This document shows positions 8,806-18,881 of a DNA stretch of 64,000 bases, in pieces. The notes under the pieces were generated by a model. That model was not told the DNA's origin. It worked only from the letters and a program-made list of their open reading frames with translations, and searched no databases. The translations under genes and the position numbers were made by a program. Source of the stretch: Nitrospirota bacterium (lineage in GTDB: Bacteria > Nitrospirota > Thermodesulfovibrionia > SZUA-242); the NCBI GenBank assembly GCA_016212095.1, contig JACRHH010000027.1, positions 23,880-87,879 of the forward strand, written 5' to 3'. Every line of letters starts with the position of its first letter. Within the stretch, counting starts at the first letter, position 1.

Positions 8806-10842
8806 TTACGTATCCAGAACCTCCCGTATTTTCGTCAACAGTTCCACCGGTCTGGCAGGTTTCTGGATCATCTCAACCCCTCCCTCAACTATCATTTTCC
8901 TGCTTATCACCTCGTCGGCGTATCCGCTTATGAAAAGAGCCTTTATATCGGACTTGATCGCGCGCATTTCTTCAAGCGCATCGCATCCGCTCTTTCTTGG
9001 CATGATTATGTCAAGCAGCACAAAACCGATCTTGTCCGTATTGTCCGCAAACTTCTTGACGGCATCAACTCCGTCCCGCGCCTCCATAACCTTGTATCCG
9101 TGCTTTTCGAGCAGCTCCCTTGTGAGCTTTCTGACAGCTTCATCGTCATCGGCTATCAGAATCGTCTCGCTTCCTCCGCGAACGGGAGCCGATTTCAAGC
9201 CTTCGGTCTCCGGAAATGCCGTCTTCACCAACGGCAGATAGATCCTGAACGTGGTTCCCTTCCCCGGTTCGCTGTAACAGTTTATGTAGCCGTTATGCTG
9301 CGTAATGATTCCGTAGGCAATCGACATGCCCAGCCCTGTTCCCTTGCCCGGTTCCTTGGTGGTGAAGAACGGCTCGAAAACCTTGTCGCGCGTGACAGCG
9401 TTCATGCCTGTCCCGGTGTCCGATATCGAAACCAGCGCATATGCCCCCGGTTTCCCGAAGCCATGCAGATGCACAAACGCATCGTCCATGATCAGATGTC
9501 CGGTTTCTATCCTTAGAAAACCGCCGTCAGGCATGGCGTCGCGCGCATTTGTAACCAGATTCATCAATACCTGCTCCAGTTGGCCGCAATCACCCAATAC
9601 GGTCAGCATCTCCGGCGCAAGAATGATTATTGTTTCTATATCCTCCCCGATCAGCCTGAGCGCCATCTTCCTCATGCCGTCCACCAGCTCATTGATCTCA
9701 AGCGGTTTGAACTCGGCGTGCTGTTTCCTGCTGAAGACAAGGAGCGACTGCGTCAGGCGCGCGGCGCGTTCCGATGCCGTCAGTATCTCCCTGACATACG
9801 GGGAAACAGGACTGTCCTTCGGCATGGTCATTTCCATCAAGCCGCCGTAGCCCACGATTACATTGAGAATATTGTTGAAATCGTGCGCCACGCCCGCCGC
9901 AAGGGTTCCAAGCGCCTCCAGCTTCTGCGAGTGACGGAGATGGCTTTCCAGCCTTTTCTTCTCCGTCACGTCGGTAATGGTCTCGATTGCCGAAACAATG
10001 TTCCCCGATGCGTCCGCAATGGGGTATGACCTTGTTTCGACATGCTGCTCGACGCCCTCGACATTGACGTGAACGTGGGTAGCCGTATGCGGCGCCTCGG
10101 TTGCGAACGTCCGCCTGACAGCGCAGTCTTCGCCTGCTTCGAAACACGGTCTGTCGATATGATGGGACACCTTGTAGCACGGCTGCCCCAGAACCTTGTC
10201 CTCAGGCAGTCCGGCAAAACGGCAGAACGCCTTGTTGGCCGACAGGATTTTGTAGTTGCGATCAACCACGATGAATCCCTCGTCAACCGTTTCCAGAATA
10301 TTGCTGATGAACGCCTCACGCTCGCGCAATCTATCCTCTGCCAGTTTCCGCGCTGCCAGCGTCTTTTCAAGCTCCAGCACCTTCTCCTCAAGCTTTGCCG
10401 CAACTATCTGGCTGTATCTCTTGAAATACTCCGCGTCTTCACCGGCAAGTTCGCCGATAACAGACTTTTTCTTGTCGCTTCCGGCGATTATCCGTTCAAC
10501 GTCATTCCACAACTCCGAAGGTTCCCTTGGCTTGATGATGTAGCCGTCGGCGCCAAGGGAGGCGGCAAGCTGCCGATCCTGATCCGCGATATATGAGGCT
10601 GAGTAGAAGATAAACGGCGTCGAAGCAAAGCGAGCATCCTGTTTCAGCCGTCTGAGAAACTGAAAGCCGTCCATGACCGGCATCAGGACGTCGGAGATAA
10701 CGATGTCGGGCCTGTGAGCGGATGCCATCGTAAGGGCTTCCTGCCCGTCTCCGGCCAGGACGACCTCATGTCCGCGCGACTGCACGATATACCGGAGCAC
10801 GGTTCTGTCGTCTGGATTGTCGTCCACGATAAGTATTTTCAT
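8806..10842 (-). CDS. Hybrid sensor histidine kinase (REC-PAS-HisKA-HATPase-REC)
   Basis: The start MKILIVDDNPDDR overlaps the upstream stop (ATGA). H-box AAGVAHDFNNIL. N/G boxes LMNLVTNARDA, DTGTGM, GKGTGLGMS. C-terminal receiver ILIADDDEAV...VLLDIIMP. Confidence 0.9.
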   Translation of the reverse strand: MKILIVDDNPDDRTVLRYIVQSRGHEVVLAGDGQEALTMASAHRPDIVISDVLMPVMDGFQFLRRLKQDARFASTPFIFYSASYIADQDRQLAASLGADGYIIKPREPSELWNDVERIIAGSDKKKSVIGELAGEDAEYFKRYSQIVAAKLEEKVLELEKTLAARKLAEDRLREREAFISNILETVDEGFIVVDRNYKILSANKAFCRFAGLPEDKVLGQPCYKVSHHIDRPCFEAGEDCAVRRTFATEAPHTATHVHVNVEGVEQHVETRSYPIADASGNIVSAIETITDVTEKKRLESHLRHSQKLEALGTLAAGVAHDFNNILNVIVGYGGLMEMTMPKDSPVSPYVREILTASERAARLTQSLLVFSRKQHAEFKPLEINELVDGMRKMALRLIGEDIETIIILAPEMLTVLGDCGQLEQVLMNLVTNARDAMPDGGFLRIETGHLIMDDAFVHLHGFGKPGAYALVSISDTGTGMNAVTRDKVFEPFFTTKEPGKGTGLGMSIAYGIITQHNGYINCYSEPGKGTTFRIYLPLVKTAFPETEGLKSAPVRGGSETILIADDDEAVRKLTRELLEKHGYKVMEARDGVDAVKKFADNTDKIGFVLLDIIMPRKSGCDALEEMRAIKSDIKALFISGYADEVISRKMIVEGGVEMIQKPARPVELLTKIREVLDT

Positions 10843-11213
10843 TTTGCCGCCGTCCTTGTTATCTTGTGTATCCGATCCATGATTGTTATCGGGTCTATCG
10901 GCTTTTCGATGTAACCGTTGCAGCCCGCTTTCATGATCCTTTCCCTGTCTCCGGTCATTGCGTAGGAGGTCACCGCTATTACCGGAATGCTTTCGTCCGC
11001 ATCCGAGTTCCTTATCCTTCTGGTGGTCTCGATTCCGTCGATGCCCGGCAGGTTGATATCCATTATGATGAAGCATGGCTTTTCCTTCACGGCCAGTTCC
11101 ACGCCTTCTTCCCCGCTTCCGGCGGAAATCACTTCATAGCCCGCCCGTTGAAGCGCATATTGAACTATCCTCAGATTGTCCCTGTTGTCTTCCACAACGA
11201 GCACTTTCTTCAC
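10839..11213 (-). CDS. Single-domain response regulator (CheY-like receiver)
   Basis: MKKVLVVEDNRDNL...IIMDINLPGIDG...VTSYA...K receiver signature. 124 aa. Confidence 0.9.
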   Translation of the reverse strand: MKKVLVVEDNRDNLRIVQYALQRAGYEVISAGSGEEGVELAVKEKPCFIIMDINLPGIDGIETTRRIRNSDADESIPVIAVTSYAMTGDRERIMKAGCNGYIEKPIDPITIMDRIHKITRTAAK

Positions 11214-11224
11214 GGCCGCCTCCT

Positions 11225-13843
11225 CTATTGTCGAACCGGAACTCTCAGGTAAAACCTGCTTCCCTTGCCGTATTCGCTCTCGACGGACACTTCGCCTTTC
11301 AGCACTTCAGTGGCCAGCTTCCTTGTCAGGTACAGCCCAAGCCCCGTGCCGAGGATCTTCGAACTCACGGGCGATTCCAGACGGACAAAAGGCGAAAAGA
11401 GTTTCGGAATATCCTCCTGCCTTATGCCTATGCCGCTGTCGCTCACCGATATCTCAAGAATACCACCAGACGATATGGCGCGCACCTCCACGGAACCCTT
11501 CAGCGTAAACTTGACCGCATTGCTTATGAAGTTGAGCAGGCACTGGAGCAACCGGCGTCTGTCGGCATGTATCGTCAGGTGCTCGGCATCCGCCTTGAGT
11601 TCAAGTTCCTTGTCTTTTACGTCCGCCGTAAAGGTGGACATGGCCTCGGCAACCACGTCGAAAACATCGAAATCTTCGGGACTTGAATCGATCATCCCGG
11701 CTTCGATCTTCGAAACGTCAATCACGTCGTTTATAAGAGACAGAAGATGCCTGCCGGATCTGAGTATGGCGGAGAGATTCTCCTTCTGCTCGCCGGACAC
11801 AGGGCCTGCCCATTCATTGAGCATGATGCTCGAAAAGCCTATGATCGAATTGAGAGGCGTCCGGAGTTCGTGGCTCATCGATGCTATGAACATCGATTTC
11901 AGGTGGTCGAGCTCTTTCAGCTTTGCATTGGCCTGTTCCAGTTCCATGGTTTTTTCGTTCAGGTCTTCCACGATGTTCATGAGCGCCATCTGGCTGTCTT
12001 TCAGTTCGGCGCCCGTTTTCTCCAGATCCACGGTGCGCTCGACAACGCGGTTTTCAAGTTCCTCGTTCAGAGCCATGATCTCGGCTTCAGCCCGTTTTCG
12101 TTCGGTGATGTCCCTGAATACAACAACCGCGCCGACAACAACCGCGTTATCCACAAGGGGAGTGTTGACATGCTCCACCGGGAACATCCTTCCGTCACTT
12201 CTCCAGAATACTTCATTCAGCCCGCGGTACGTTTCTCCATGGGCAAGCGATCGATGCAGCGGACACTCTTCAGGCGGGTAGGGCGCGCCGTCGGCTTTTG
12301 TATGATGAAAGATGTCGTGGCTTTTTTTACCCAGAACATCCGGTATGGCGCATCCGAGCATATCCTGCGCGGCCTTGTTCATGAACACGATATTGCCGTT
12401 TATGTCGGTTCCGTATATGCCGTCTCCAACGGAATTCAGGATCATCTCATTTCTAAGACTAAGCTGCTTGAACAGATCTTCGGCCCGTTTGCGTTCGGTG
12501 AGCTCGAAGAGCAGTTGTTTATTTGCGTCATGCAGGTCGGAAGTGCGTTCCGCTACCCGCGCTTCCAGCTCATCCATGGATTTGCGAAGGGCATCTTCCG
12601 CCAGCCTGCGCCGATAGACATTGAACGCCAGAATAACGATGCCGGAAGTCATTATGATGAACATCATCAGCGCGCTTGCGACAAGATACGTGTGGGATTC
12701 GATGAAAGGAACCGGCCTGTTGACAATAATGCTGCCCTTGGGCAACGCCCTTGCCGGAATGCCGAAACGTGCAAGCCGGTCATGATCGAACATCATCCGT
12801 GTTGGCGGCTTCATCTCAACCGGAATGCCCGATGCCGGAGTTCCGGATAATATCTTGAGAGCCAGCCGGGCCGCATCTTCCCCATGAATTTTTCCACCAA
12901 GAAGGCTTCCGCCCACAATCCCGTATCCGAGCCTTTCAAAATGCACCCCATACACAGGCACGGGAGAGTTTGCGGCAAGAAGCCCTGCAATATCCTCATG
13001 CCCTATCACCTCCCCATCCTTGAACACGCTATATGTAAGCGCAAGAACCAGGCTGTCCTCATGAAGCCCATTGAGCAAGCGCATCAACTCTCTTTTCGTC
13101 AGATCCTCCACATTCCGGAATGATATTCCGTCGAACATTCCCTTCATCTGCTCCTGCGCCTCCTGGCGTGTAGCCAGACCGGTGGAGGTATAGTCATGCA
13201 CAACAACTATCTCTCGTGTTTTTGGATGGAGCTTGAGCGCCATGCGCACAGTGCCAACCGCATCGAGGACTTCCGCATGGCCGGTTATGTTTTCCTGTCC
13301 GCCGAGCATCTCTTTCCTGAAGTTGTTCACTCCGCAAAAGACAATGGCCGAGCGGGGGAAAAGCTGGGAGCGGTACTCTATGGCGAATTTGAGCGCCGGA
13401 TTGTCGGCAGCCATGACAACCGGAATATCCCTGTTGCCGTATTTGAGCTTGAGCAGGTCTTTTAGCAGATCGAAATGCTCATATTTCGGGTGGCGCTTGC
13501 AGTCCAGATATTCCACATGATACCGGACGCCGGGAGCCGAATCCTGTAACATTGCGATTATTCCGGCTATTTCGTTGTCCGACCAGGCGTGTCCCACATG
13601 GTAGGAGTTGAGAATGAGGATTTCCACTGAAGGCTTAAACGGCTCTGTCGAAGCCTTGGCGTGTTTTGTGTCAGCCTGCCTGGTCGGCAGTTCGATCTGA
13701 ACGGTTTTTCCCACTTCCCGGTATGCGATGTACATCAATGCCAATACTGCAATGCTCAGGAGCGAGATTGCAATGGCAGCCTTGCGCGAGGCAAAAAAGA
13801 CCGGCGAAAGTCGAGCCAGAAAAGCTTTCCAGTGTTCCATCAT
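11225..13843 (-). CDS. Sensor histidine kinase with periplasmic ABC-substrate-binding-like domain, PAS domains, HisKA and HATPase
   Basis: N-terminal TM, then ILILNSYHVGHAWSD (ABC_sub_bind-like), a second TM, and PAS segments. H-box FIASMSHELRTPLNSI. G boxes DSGIGI, GTGLGLYL. ATGA overlap with the upstream gene. Confidence 0.9.
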   Translation of the reverse strand: MMEHWKAFLARLSPVFFASRKAAIAISLLSIAVLALMYIAYREVGKTVQIELPTRQADTKHAKASTEPFKPSVEILILNSYHVGHAWSDNEIAGIIAMLQDSAPGVRYHVEYLDCKRHPKYEHFDLLKDLLKLKYGNRDIPVVMAADNPALKFAIEYRSQLFPRSAIVFCGVNNFRKEMLGGQENITGHAEVLDAVGTVRMALKLHPKTREIVVVHDYTSTGLATRQEAQEQMKGMFDGISFRNVEDLTKRELMRLLNGLHEDSLVLALTYSVFKDGEVIGHEDIAGLLAANSPVPVYGVHFERLGYGIVGGSLLGGKIHGEDAARLALKILSGTPASGIPVEMKPPTRMMFDHDRLARFGIPARALPKGSIIVNRPVPFIESHTYLVASALMMFIIMTSGIVILAFNVYRRRLAEDALRKSMDELEARVAERTSDLHDANKQLLFELTERKRAEDLFKQLSLRNEMILNSVGDGIYGTDINGNIVFMNKAAQDMLGCAIPDVLGKKSHDIFHHTKADGAPYPPEECPLHRSLAHGETYRGLNEVFWRSDGRMFPVEHVNTPLVDNAVVVGAVVVFRDITERKRAEAEIMALNEELENRVVERTVDLEKTGAELKDSQMALMNIVEDLNEKTMELEQANAKLKELDHLKSMFIASMSHELRTPLNSIIGFSSIMLNEWAGPVSGEQKENLSAILRSGRHLLSLINDVIDVSKIEAGMIDSSPEDFDVFDVVAEAMSTFTADVKDKELELKADAEHLTIHADRRRLLQCLLNFISNAVKFTLKGSVEVRAISSGGILEISVSDSGIGIRQEDIPKLFSPFVRLESPVSSKILGTGLGLYLTRKLATEVLKGEVSVESEYGKGSRFYLRVPVRQ

Positions 13844-15336
13844 GCCTCCGGCGTTACCTTGCCTGTCCCCTCTTCAAGTTGCCTTATCCGCTCCTTCAAT
13901 TCGATCATCCTGAGTTCCCTGCCCACAAACAGCCGGTTCATCCGCTCCAGCTCCGCGTTCTTTTCCTGAAGTTCCGCAGTTCTCTCCCTTACGCGCTGTT
14001 CAAGAGCCTTGTTGAGATTGCTGAGTTCCTCCTGCGCGATGATCCGTTCCGATACATTCACGAGCGACAGAAGGACTGCCTCCACCTCGCCGCCCTGTTC
14101 CCTTATCGGCGTAAGGCTCCAGTCCCAATGGGAGGTTCCACGCTCCGGATGGAACCTGTACTCAAAAGGCTTTGCCTTGGCGATATGCTGCTCGCCTGTC
14201 TCAACGACCTTCCTGAAAATGGCCTCGTTTTCCTCATTCGGGTAAAGTTCGAAATGGTTTCTACCTATAAAGTACTCCGGCTCGTTTCCATCCGCATCCG
14301 CATACATTTTGTTGACGCGGATAAAATTGAAATCCCTGTCCATGTAGGCGATGCATGTTGTGGTCATGGAGAATATTTTCTCGACCATCTCGTTGTTCTT
14401 GCGAAGCGCTTCATCGGTTTTCTTTCTGGCGGTAATGTCGCGCTGAAGGCCGAAATGTCCGGTGATGCGTCCTTCCCGGTCGTAGAGCGCGATGTATTCG
14501 CCCTCGATCCACATCTGCGTTCCGTCCATCTTGCGCTCGTAGCTTTCCACGTGCAGCTTGCCCGCGTCGAAGAAGCGCCGCCAGAGAGCCCTTCCGTGGC
14601 CGATGTCGTGCTCGAACAAGTCGTTTGGCGTAAGTCCCATCATCTGCTCCCGCGTTGCTCCATACTGCGCCAGCATGGCGTCGTTGATTCTGGTTATCTT
14701 CTGATGCGCGAAAACGTAGTCGAGCATCTGTTCCTTGTCCGTGGCGTCGTTCCAGAACACCGGATAGTCGAGCATCATGAAGAAGCAGCCGTCGAGCGCC
14801 TGCGAGAAAAAGGCGTTCAACTCGTCCTCGCTCTCTCGCAGGCTGTTCAACGTATTGTTCAGTTCGGCGGTGCGCTCGCAAACAAGCGTTTCAAGCTGCT
14901 GTTCGTGCATCTCTATCCTGCGGCGCTGTTTATACAGGTCGCAAAAAACCCTTACTTTGCTTCGCAGAAACGTGGGTTCAACCGGTTTCAACAGGTAGTC
15001 GAACGCGCCGGCCTCGTAGCCCTTGAACTGATGCTCGGTGTCTTTCATGGCAGCGGTAACGAATATTATCGGCAGGCGTCCGGTTTTCGGGTTTGCCCTC
15101 ATCAGCTCGGCAGTCTCAAAGCCGTCCATCCCAGGCATCCTGACGTCCATGAGAACTATTGCGAAATCGTGCTTCAGCGACAGGCGCAGCGCTTCGTTTC
15201 CAGATTCGGCCTTGAACAGGTCAATCCCCATGTCGCCCAGAAGGGCTTCCAGCGCGATCAGGTTTTCCGGCCTGTCGTCAACAAGCAAGACCGGTATTTT
15301 ATCGGGTTCGGTCATTTGTATTGCCCTTTGTTTCAT
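13840..15336 (-). CDS. REC + 2 PAS protein ending in the shared His-less coiled-coil tail (no output domain)
   Basis: VLLVDDRPENL...VLMDVRMPGMDG receiver and PAS regions. C-terminus ...ERTAELQEKNAELERMNRLFVGRELRMIELKERIRQLEE. AGGAG 8 nt upstream of ATG 15336. Confidence 0.85.
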   Translation of the reverse strand: MKQRAIQMTEPDKIPVLLVDDRPENLIALEALLGDMGIDLFKAESGNEALRLSLKHDFAIVLMDVRMPGMDGFETAELMRANPKTGRLPIIFVTAAMKDTEHQFKGYEAGAFDYLLKPVEPTFLRSKVRVFCDLYKQRRRIEMHEQQLETLVCERTAELNNTLNSLRESEDELNAFFSQALDGCFFMMLDYPVFWNDATDKEQMLDYVFAHQKITRINDAMLAQYGATREQMMGLTPNDLFEHDIGHGRALWRRFFDAGKLHVESYERKMDGTQMWIEGEYIALYDREGRITGHFGLQRDITARKKTDEALRKNNEMVEKIFSMTTTCIAYMDRDFNFIRVNKMYADADGNEPEYFIGRNHFELYPNEENEAIFRKVVETGEQHIAKAKPFEYRFHPERGTSHWDWSLTPIREQGGEVEAVLLSLVNVSERIIAQEELSNLNKALEQRVRERTAELQEKNAELERMNRLFVGRELRMIELKERIRQLEEGTGKVTPEA

Positions 15337-15934
15337 TCGGAGTGCTCCTGCTTAAACAGGAGGACTCCAGGCTGCATAAAAGCCCGCATATATCCTTTAA
15401 CGGTAAAACATGGTCTGCTTCAACCGCCGCAAGCGCGCTGCGCGGCATGGAGTCCGCTTCCGCATCCGAAGGATCCTGCACGACCGCAAGTCCGCCGTTG
15501 TCTTTAATCTTTCTCAAACCGTTGGACCCGTCAAAGCCTGCGCCTGTCAGGATAACACCGATAAGTCCGGCGCCGAAAGCGTCGGCGGCGGATTCAAAGA
15601 GAACGTCAACCGAAGGCCGCGCGAAATTCACAGGCATGTCCACCGAAAGCGCCAGGGTTCCGTCCTTTTCCACAAGCAAATGGTAGTTTGGAGGGGCCAG
15701 ATACGCGGTTCCGGGTGTTATAGCCTCTCCTTCGTCGGCTTCCTTTACGTGAATCGCGCAGCGGGCGCCAAGCAGTTTTGCAAGGTCGCTCCCGGAATCG
15801 GCGCTGATATGATGCACAATAAGCAGAGGCAGCCGGAAATTGACCGGCAGGCCGCCAAGCAGTATCCTGAGCGCCTCCACTCCGCCCATCGACACGCCCG
15901 CGACCACCGCGCAAAACTGCCGGTTCCTATACAT
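15299..15934 (-). CDS. cheB: CheB-type protein-glutamate methylesterase, catalytic domain only (no receiver)
   Basis: AVVAGVSMGGVEAL (Ser nucleophile region), LLIVHHIS (His), RPSVDVLFESAA (Asp). 211 aa, so no room for an N-terminal REC. Confidence 0.85.
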   Translation of the reverse strand: MYRNRQFCAVVAGVSMGGVEALRILLGGLPVNFRLPLLIVHHISADSGSDLAKLLGARCAIHVKEADEGEAITPGTAYLAPPNYHLLVEKDGTLALSVDMPVNFARPSVDVLFESAADAFGAGLIGVILTGAGFDGSNGLRKIKDNGGLAVVQDPSDAEADSMPRSALAAVEADHVLPLKDICGLLCSLESSCLSRSTPNETKGNTNDRTR

Positions 15935-16754
15935 ATTGTTTCCTGTAAATCCGCATTCCTTGCGCCATTTCCATGTATCGGCCCGCGATGCCGCGGCCTG
16001 AAAGGGTTTCCTTCACTCCAAGGCAGAGGAACCCGCCGTTTGCAAGGCTTCCGTCAAAAAGCGCGAGCACACGCTCCTTCAGCGCGGCCTTGAAGTAGAT
16101 CAGCAGATTCCTGCAAAGCACCATATGCATCTCGCCGATACCGGCGTCCACGGTCAGGTTGTGCGAGGCAAAGACAATATTGTTTTTGAGCTTTTGCGCC
16201 AGTATGGCGCTGTCGTAACGGGCGGTGTAATAGTCGGCAAAATCCCTTTTTCCGCCTGCCTTCTGGTAGCTCTGGGTGAACTGCTGTATCTTTTCGATGG
16301 GATAAATGCCGTCAGCCGCCTGTTTCAGCGTCTTTTCGTTTATGTCCGTCGCATATATCCTGTAATGGCCTTCAAGCCCCTCTTCGCAAAGAAGAATGGC
16401 CAAAGAGTACGCCTCCTCGCCTGCGGCGCATCCCGCAACCCATATCTTTATGAACGGATAGGTCTTGAGGTGCGGGACAACATCTTCCCGCATTGCCTTG
16501 AAGAATAGCGGATCGCGAAACATCTCGGAAACATTGACGGTTATTCCATCCAGCAGGCAGTTGAACAGCTCGTGGTCGCGCAGCACATGCGCCTGCGCCT
16601 CCGAGAAACTGCCGAAGCCGGAACACTGGAGCCACTGCGTCAGCCGCCGCCTGATGGACGCCTCGGCATATTCCCTGAAGTCATATCCGTGTACCTGGAA
16701 TATGCCTTCCAGAAGGAGCTTTATCTCAATATCTTCAACGTCTTGCCTTTTCAT
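15927..16754 (-). CDS. cheR: CheR-type protein-glutamate O-methyltransferase
   Basis: FREYAEASIRRRL...TVNVSEMFRDP...IWVAGCAAGEEAYSLAILL...IFASHNL...MHMVLCRNLLIYF matches CheR N-terminal and SAM-MTase motifs. ATG 16754 is preferred over TTG 16775. Confidence 0.9.
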   Translation of the reverse strand: MKRQDVEDIEIKLLLEGIFQVHGYDFREYAEASIRRRLTQWLQCSGFGSFSEAQAHVLRDHELFNCLLDGITVNVSEMFRDPLFFKAMREDVVPHLKTYPFIKIWVAGCAAGEEAYSLAILLCEEGLEGHYRIYATDINEKTLKQAADGIYPIEKIQQFTQSYQKAGGKRDFADYYTARYDSAILAQKLKNNIVFASHNLTVDAGIGEMHMVLCRNLLIYFKAALKERVLALFDGSLANGGFLCLGVKETLSGRGIAGRYMEMAQGMRIYRKQYV

Positions 16755-16791
16755 TCCCTGTTCCTGTCGTCTCAAAGTCTGTCACGCCGTT

Positions 16792-18768
16792 TCATTTCTC
16801 CAGTTCCCTTATCCTCTCCTTTAATTCGATCATTTTCAATTCCCGCCCTACAAAAATTTTATTGAAGCGCTCCAGTTCCATGTTCTTTTCATCAAGCTCG
16901 GCTGTTCGCTGTCTGACACGCTGTTCGAGCTCTTCGTTGAACTTCCTCATTTTTTCCTCCGCCCGCTTGCGTTCGGTGATGTCGGTAAACATTCCAAAAG
17001 TGCCTTTGAACTTCTGCCCGGCATCCATGATCGGCACAGCGGACGCCAGTGTCCATAGCGGCAGACCGTTCTTGTGGCGATACCTGCGTTCATAGTGTTC
17101 GGACACCCCGCGGCGGCGTTTTTCCATTCTCCGATGGTGATCTGGCGCATCCTCTTCAAACATGAAGTCGGTCACCGGACGGCCAAGCATTTCTTCGACG
17201 GAATAGCCGAGCAAGTCGGCCATCCGCGCGTTTGCAAATGTTGTCAAGAGATCCTCGCCGAGCACCCATATGCCTTCATTGGACGCGTCCACGAGCCTGC
17301 GATACTTTGCCTCGCTTTCCCGCAGGTCGCGCTGGGACAACAGGGTGGTCAGCGCGTCTGCCAACCGCCTGCCGATTTCTTGCAAGAGCCGCTCTTCTTC
17401 AACTGTCCAGATGCGCGCATACGAACACTGATGTATCCCGAATTGCCAGGGTTTGCCGACTTTGGGATGTATGGCAATCGACATGAAAGAGCGGAAGCCG
17501 AACCGTTGCGCAATATCCTCCGGCAAGGGATGTTCCGTCTCCAGGCCGAACTTCACGGGCTTGCCGGAGGCGAGCAACTCACGAAGCGTCCGGGCCACCT
17601 CCTCATCCATCGGCAACTCAAACCCATGGCTCCAGGCGCCGGGATATTCGGGTTTATTGCGCTCCATCGGCACTCGCCAGAAGGCTGCTTCGGGATCGCA
17701 GGGATACATGAGAAATGCCCGGTCGCAATCGAATAGCGAGAGCGCCGTGTCGAGAACATCGCTCATCATCTGTTCCAGATTGTTTGTTCCCTGAATGGCC
17801 CGGTTGACCTTGTCCATGCTTTCGAAGAACTTTAGGTTTGCCTGGCGCTCCTGCTCCCGTGAACGCAGGTCATTGGTCAGTTGTTCCGCCATCAGGAGCG
17901 CTTCAGCGCGTGTATTGAGCAGGGAACGGGTCAGGAAGTATACAAGCAGGGCGAACATACCTCCAATGGCTCCATTTAGCGCTAATCCCATCGGATCGCC
18001 CCAGCCGTTCAGCGGCGCCACGCTCAGCGTCCAGACACCGTTTGGCAGTTCCATCCGATGGTCAACCGGACTGATGAGCTGAGCGGAGGAAGAGGCGGCG
18101 ATGATCTGACGCTCGCCGGTATCCGGATGAATCCGCCAGAGCGCATATCCGAATCCGCGCTGCTCCAATGCCGCCAGCCGGGCCGTATCGAGCACCTCCG
18201 GAAAACGGATAAGGACGTTGGTGAAACCCCAGAAGTGCGATCTGCTTGCGCCGTTGTCGAGATAGACAGGAAAACGTCCGACAGCGCCGAACCCGCCTTG
18301 TTTCAGCGTGAACGGCCCGGCCAGCGCCAACGTCTTTGCGTCTCGCGCCCGGATGGCCTCCTTGCGCCGTTTCGGATCATTAAACAGATCGTGGCCTATC
18401 GCGCCCTCGTTGCCGGCCAACGGCACAATCTGCCGGACTACGCCTCCCGGCGCCAATTGCAGTGATGACGCCCCCGGAAAAAACGGCAGCATTTCCCTGG
18501 CGGTGGCGTCGAAGTCGTCAATGGTTCCGTTGCCTTGGCGCACCAGTGCGGCCAGCGCATACGTGGCCGAGAGTGAACGCTCGATGTTGCTCTGGAGTGA
18601 ATGGGCATAATCGCTGGCGAGATCGGAAACCCGTGACCGCTCCATCAGGTAACGTCCCCTCTCATAGCGCCACACCAGGCCGGCTGCAACAGCAAACGCC
18701 AGAATAAAGACCAGTATCTCTATTATCCTGTTTCGGTGCATTCCAATCGGCTTGCTATCCATCTTCAC
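16792..18768 (-). CDS. CHASE-type periplasmic sensor + GAF + PAS protein ending in the shared tail
   Basis: TM, an extracytoplasmic region of about 250 aa, and a second TM (CHASE-like layout). Then GAF-like and PAS segments. C-terminus ...QRTAELDEKNMELERFNKIFVGRELKMIELKERIRELEK. Confidence 0.8.
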   Translation of the reverse strand: MKMDSKPIGMHRNRIIEILVFILAFAVAAGLVWRYERGRYLMERSRVSDLASDYAHSLQSNIERSLSATYALAALVRQGNGTIDDFDATAREMLPFFPGASSLQLAPGGVVRQIVPLAGNEGAIGHDLFNDPKRRKEAIRARDAKTLALAGPFTLKQGGFGAVGRFPVYLDNGASRSHFWGFTNVLIRFPEVLDTARLAALEQRGFGYALWRIHPDTGERQIIAASSSAQLISPVDHRMELPNGVWTLSVAPLNGWGDPMGLALNGAIGGMFALLVYFLTRSLLNTRAEALLMAEQLTNDLRSREQERQANLKFFESMDKVNRAIQGTNNLEQMMSDVLDTALSLFDCDRAFLMYPCDPEAAFWRVPMERNKPEYPGAWSHGFELPMDEEVARTLRELLASGKPVKFGLETEHPLPEDIAQRFGFRSFMSIAIHPKVGKPWQFGIHQCSYARIWTVEEERLLQEIGRRLADALTTLLSQRDLRESEAKYRRLVDASNEGIWVLGEDLLTTFANARMADLLGYSVEEMLGRPVTDFMFEEDAPDHHRRMEKRRRGVSEHYERRYRHKNGLPLWTLASAVPIMDAGQKFKGTFGMFTDITERKRAEEKMRKFNEELEQRVRQRTAELDEKNMELERFNKIFVGRELKMIELKERIRELEK

Positions 18769-18788
18769 CTGCCAGTTCCAAATGTATC

Positions 18789-18881
18789 GCCGGTCATGCC
18801 TGACCTCCCGACGTCTGTTGTTTCTCCAACTCCTTGATCCGCTCCTTCAATTCCAACATCCGCAATTCCCGGCCCACGAAC
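18789..18881. repeat. 93-bp perfect direct repeat, copy A (3' end of the PocR-tail gene)
   Basis: Base-for-base identical to 19522..19614 (gccggtcatgcctgacctcccgacg...cccggcccacgaac). Confidence 0.95.

Noticed and set aside
11265-15507. Long plus-strand ORFs (11265-12281, 11747-12850, 13666-15507) opposite the kinase and REC-PAS genes
   Set aside because: They are Ser/Arg/Leu-rich translations with no domains. The minus-strand frames carry H-boxes, G-boxes, receiver and PAS signatures. I treat them as antisense shadows.
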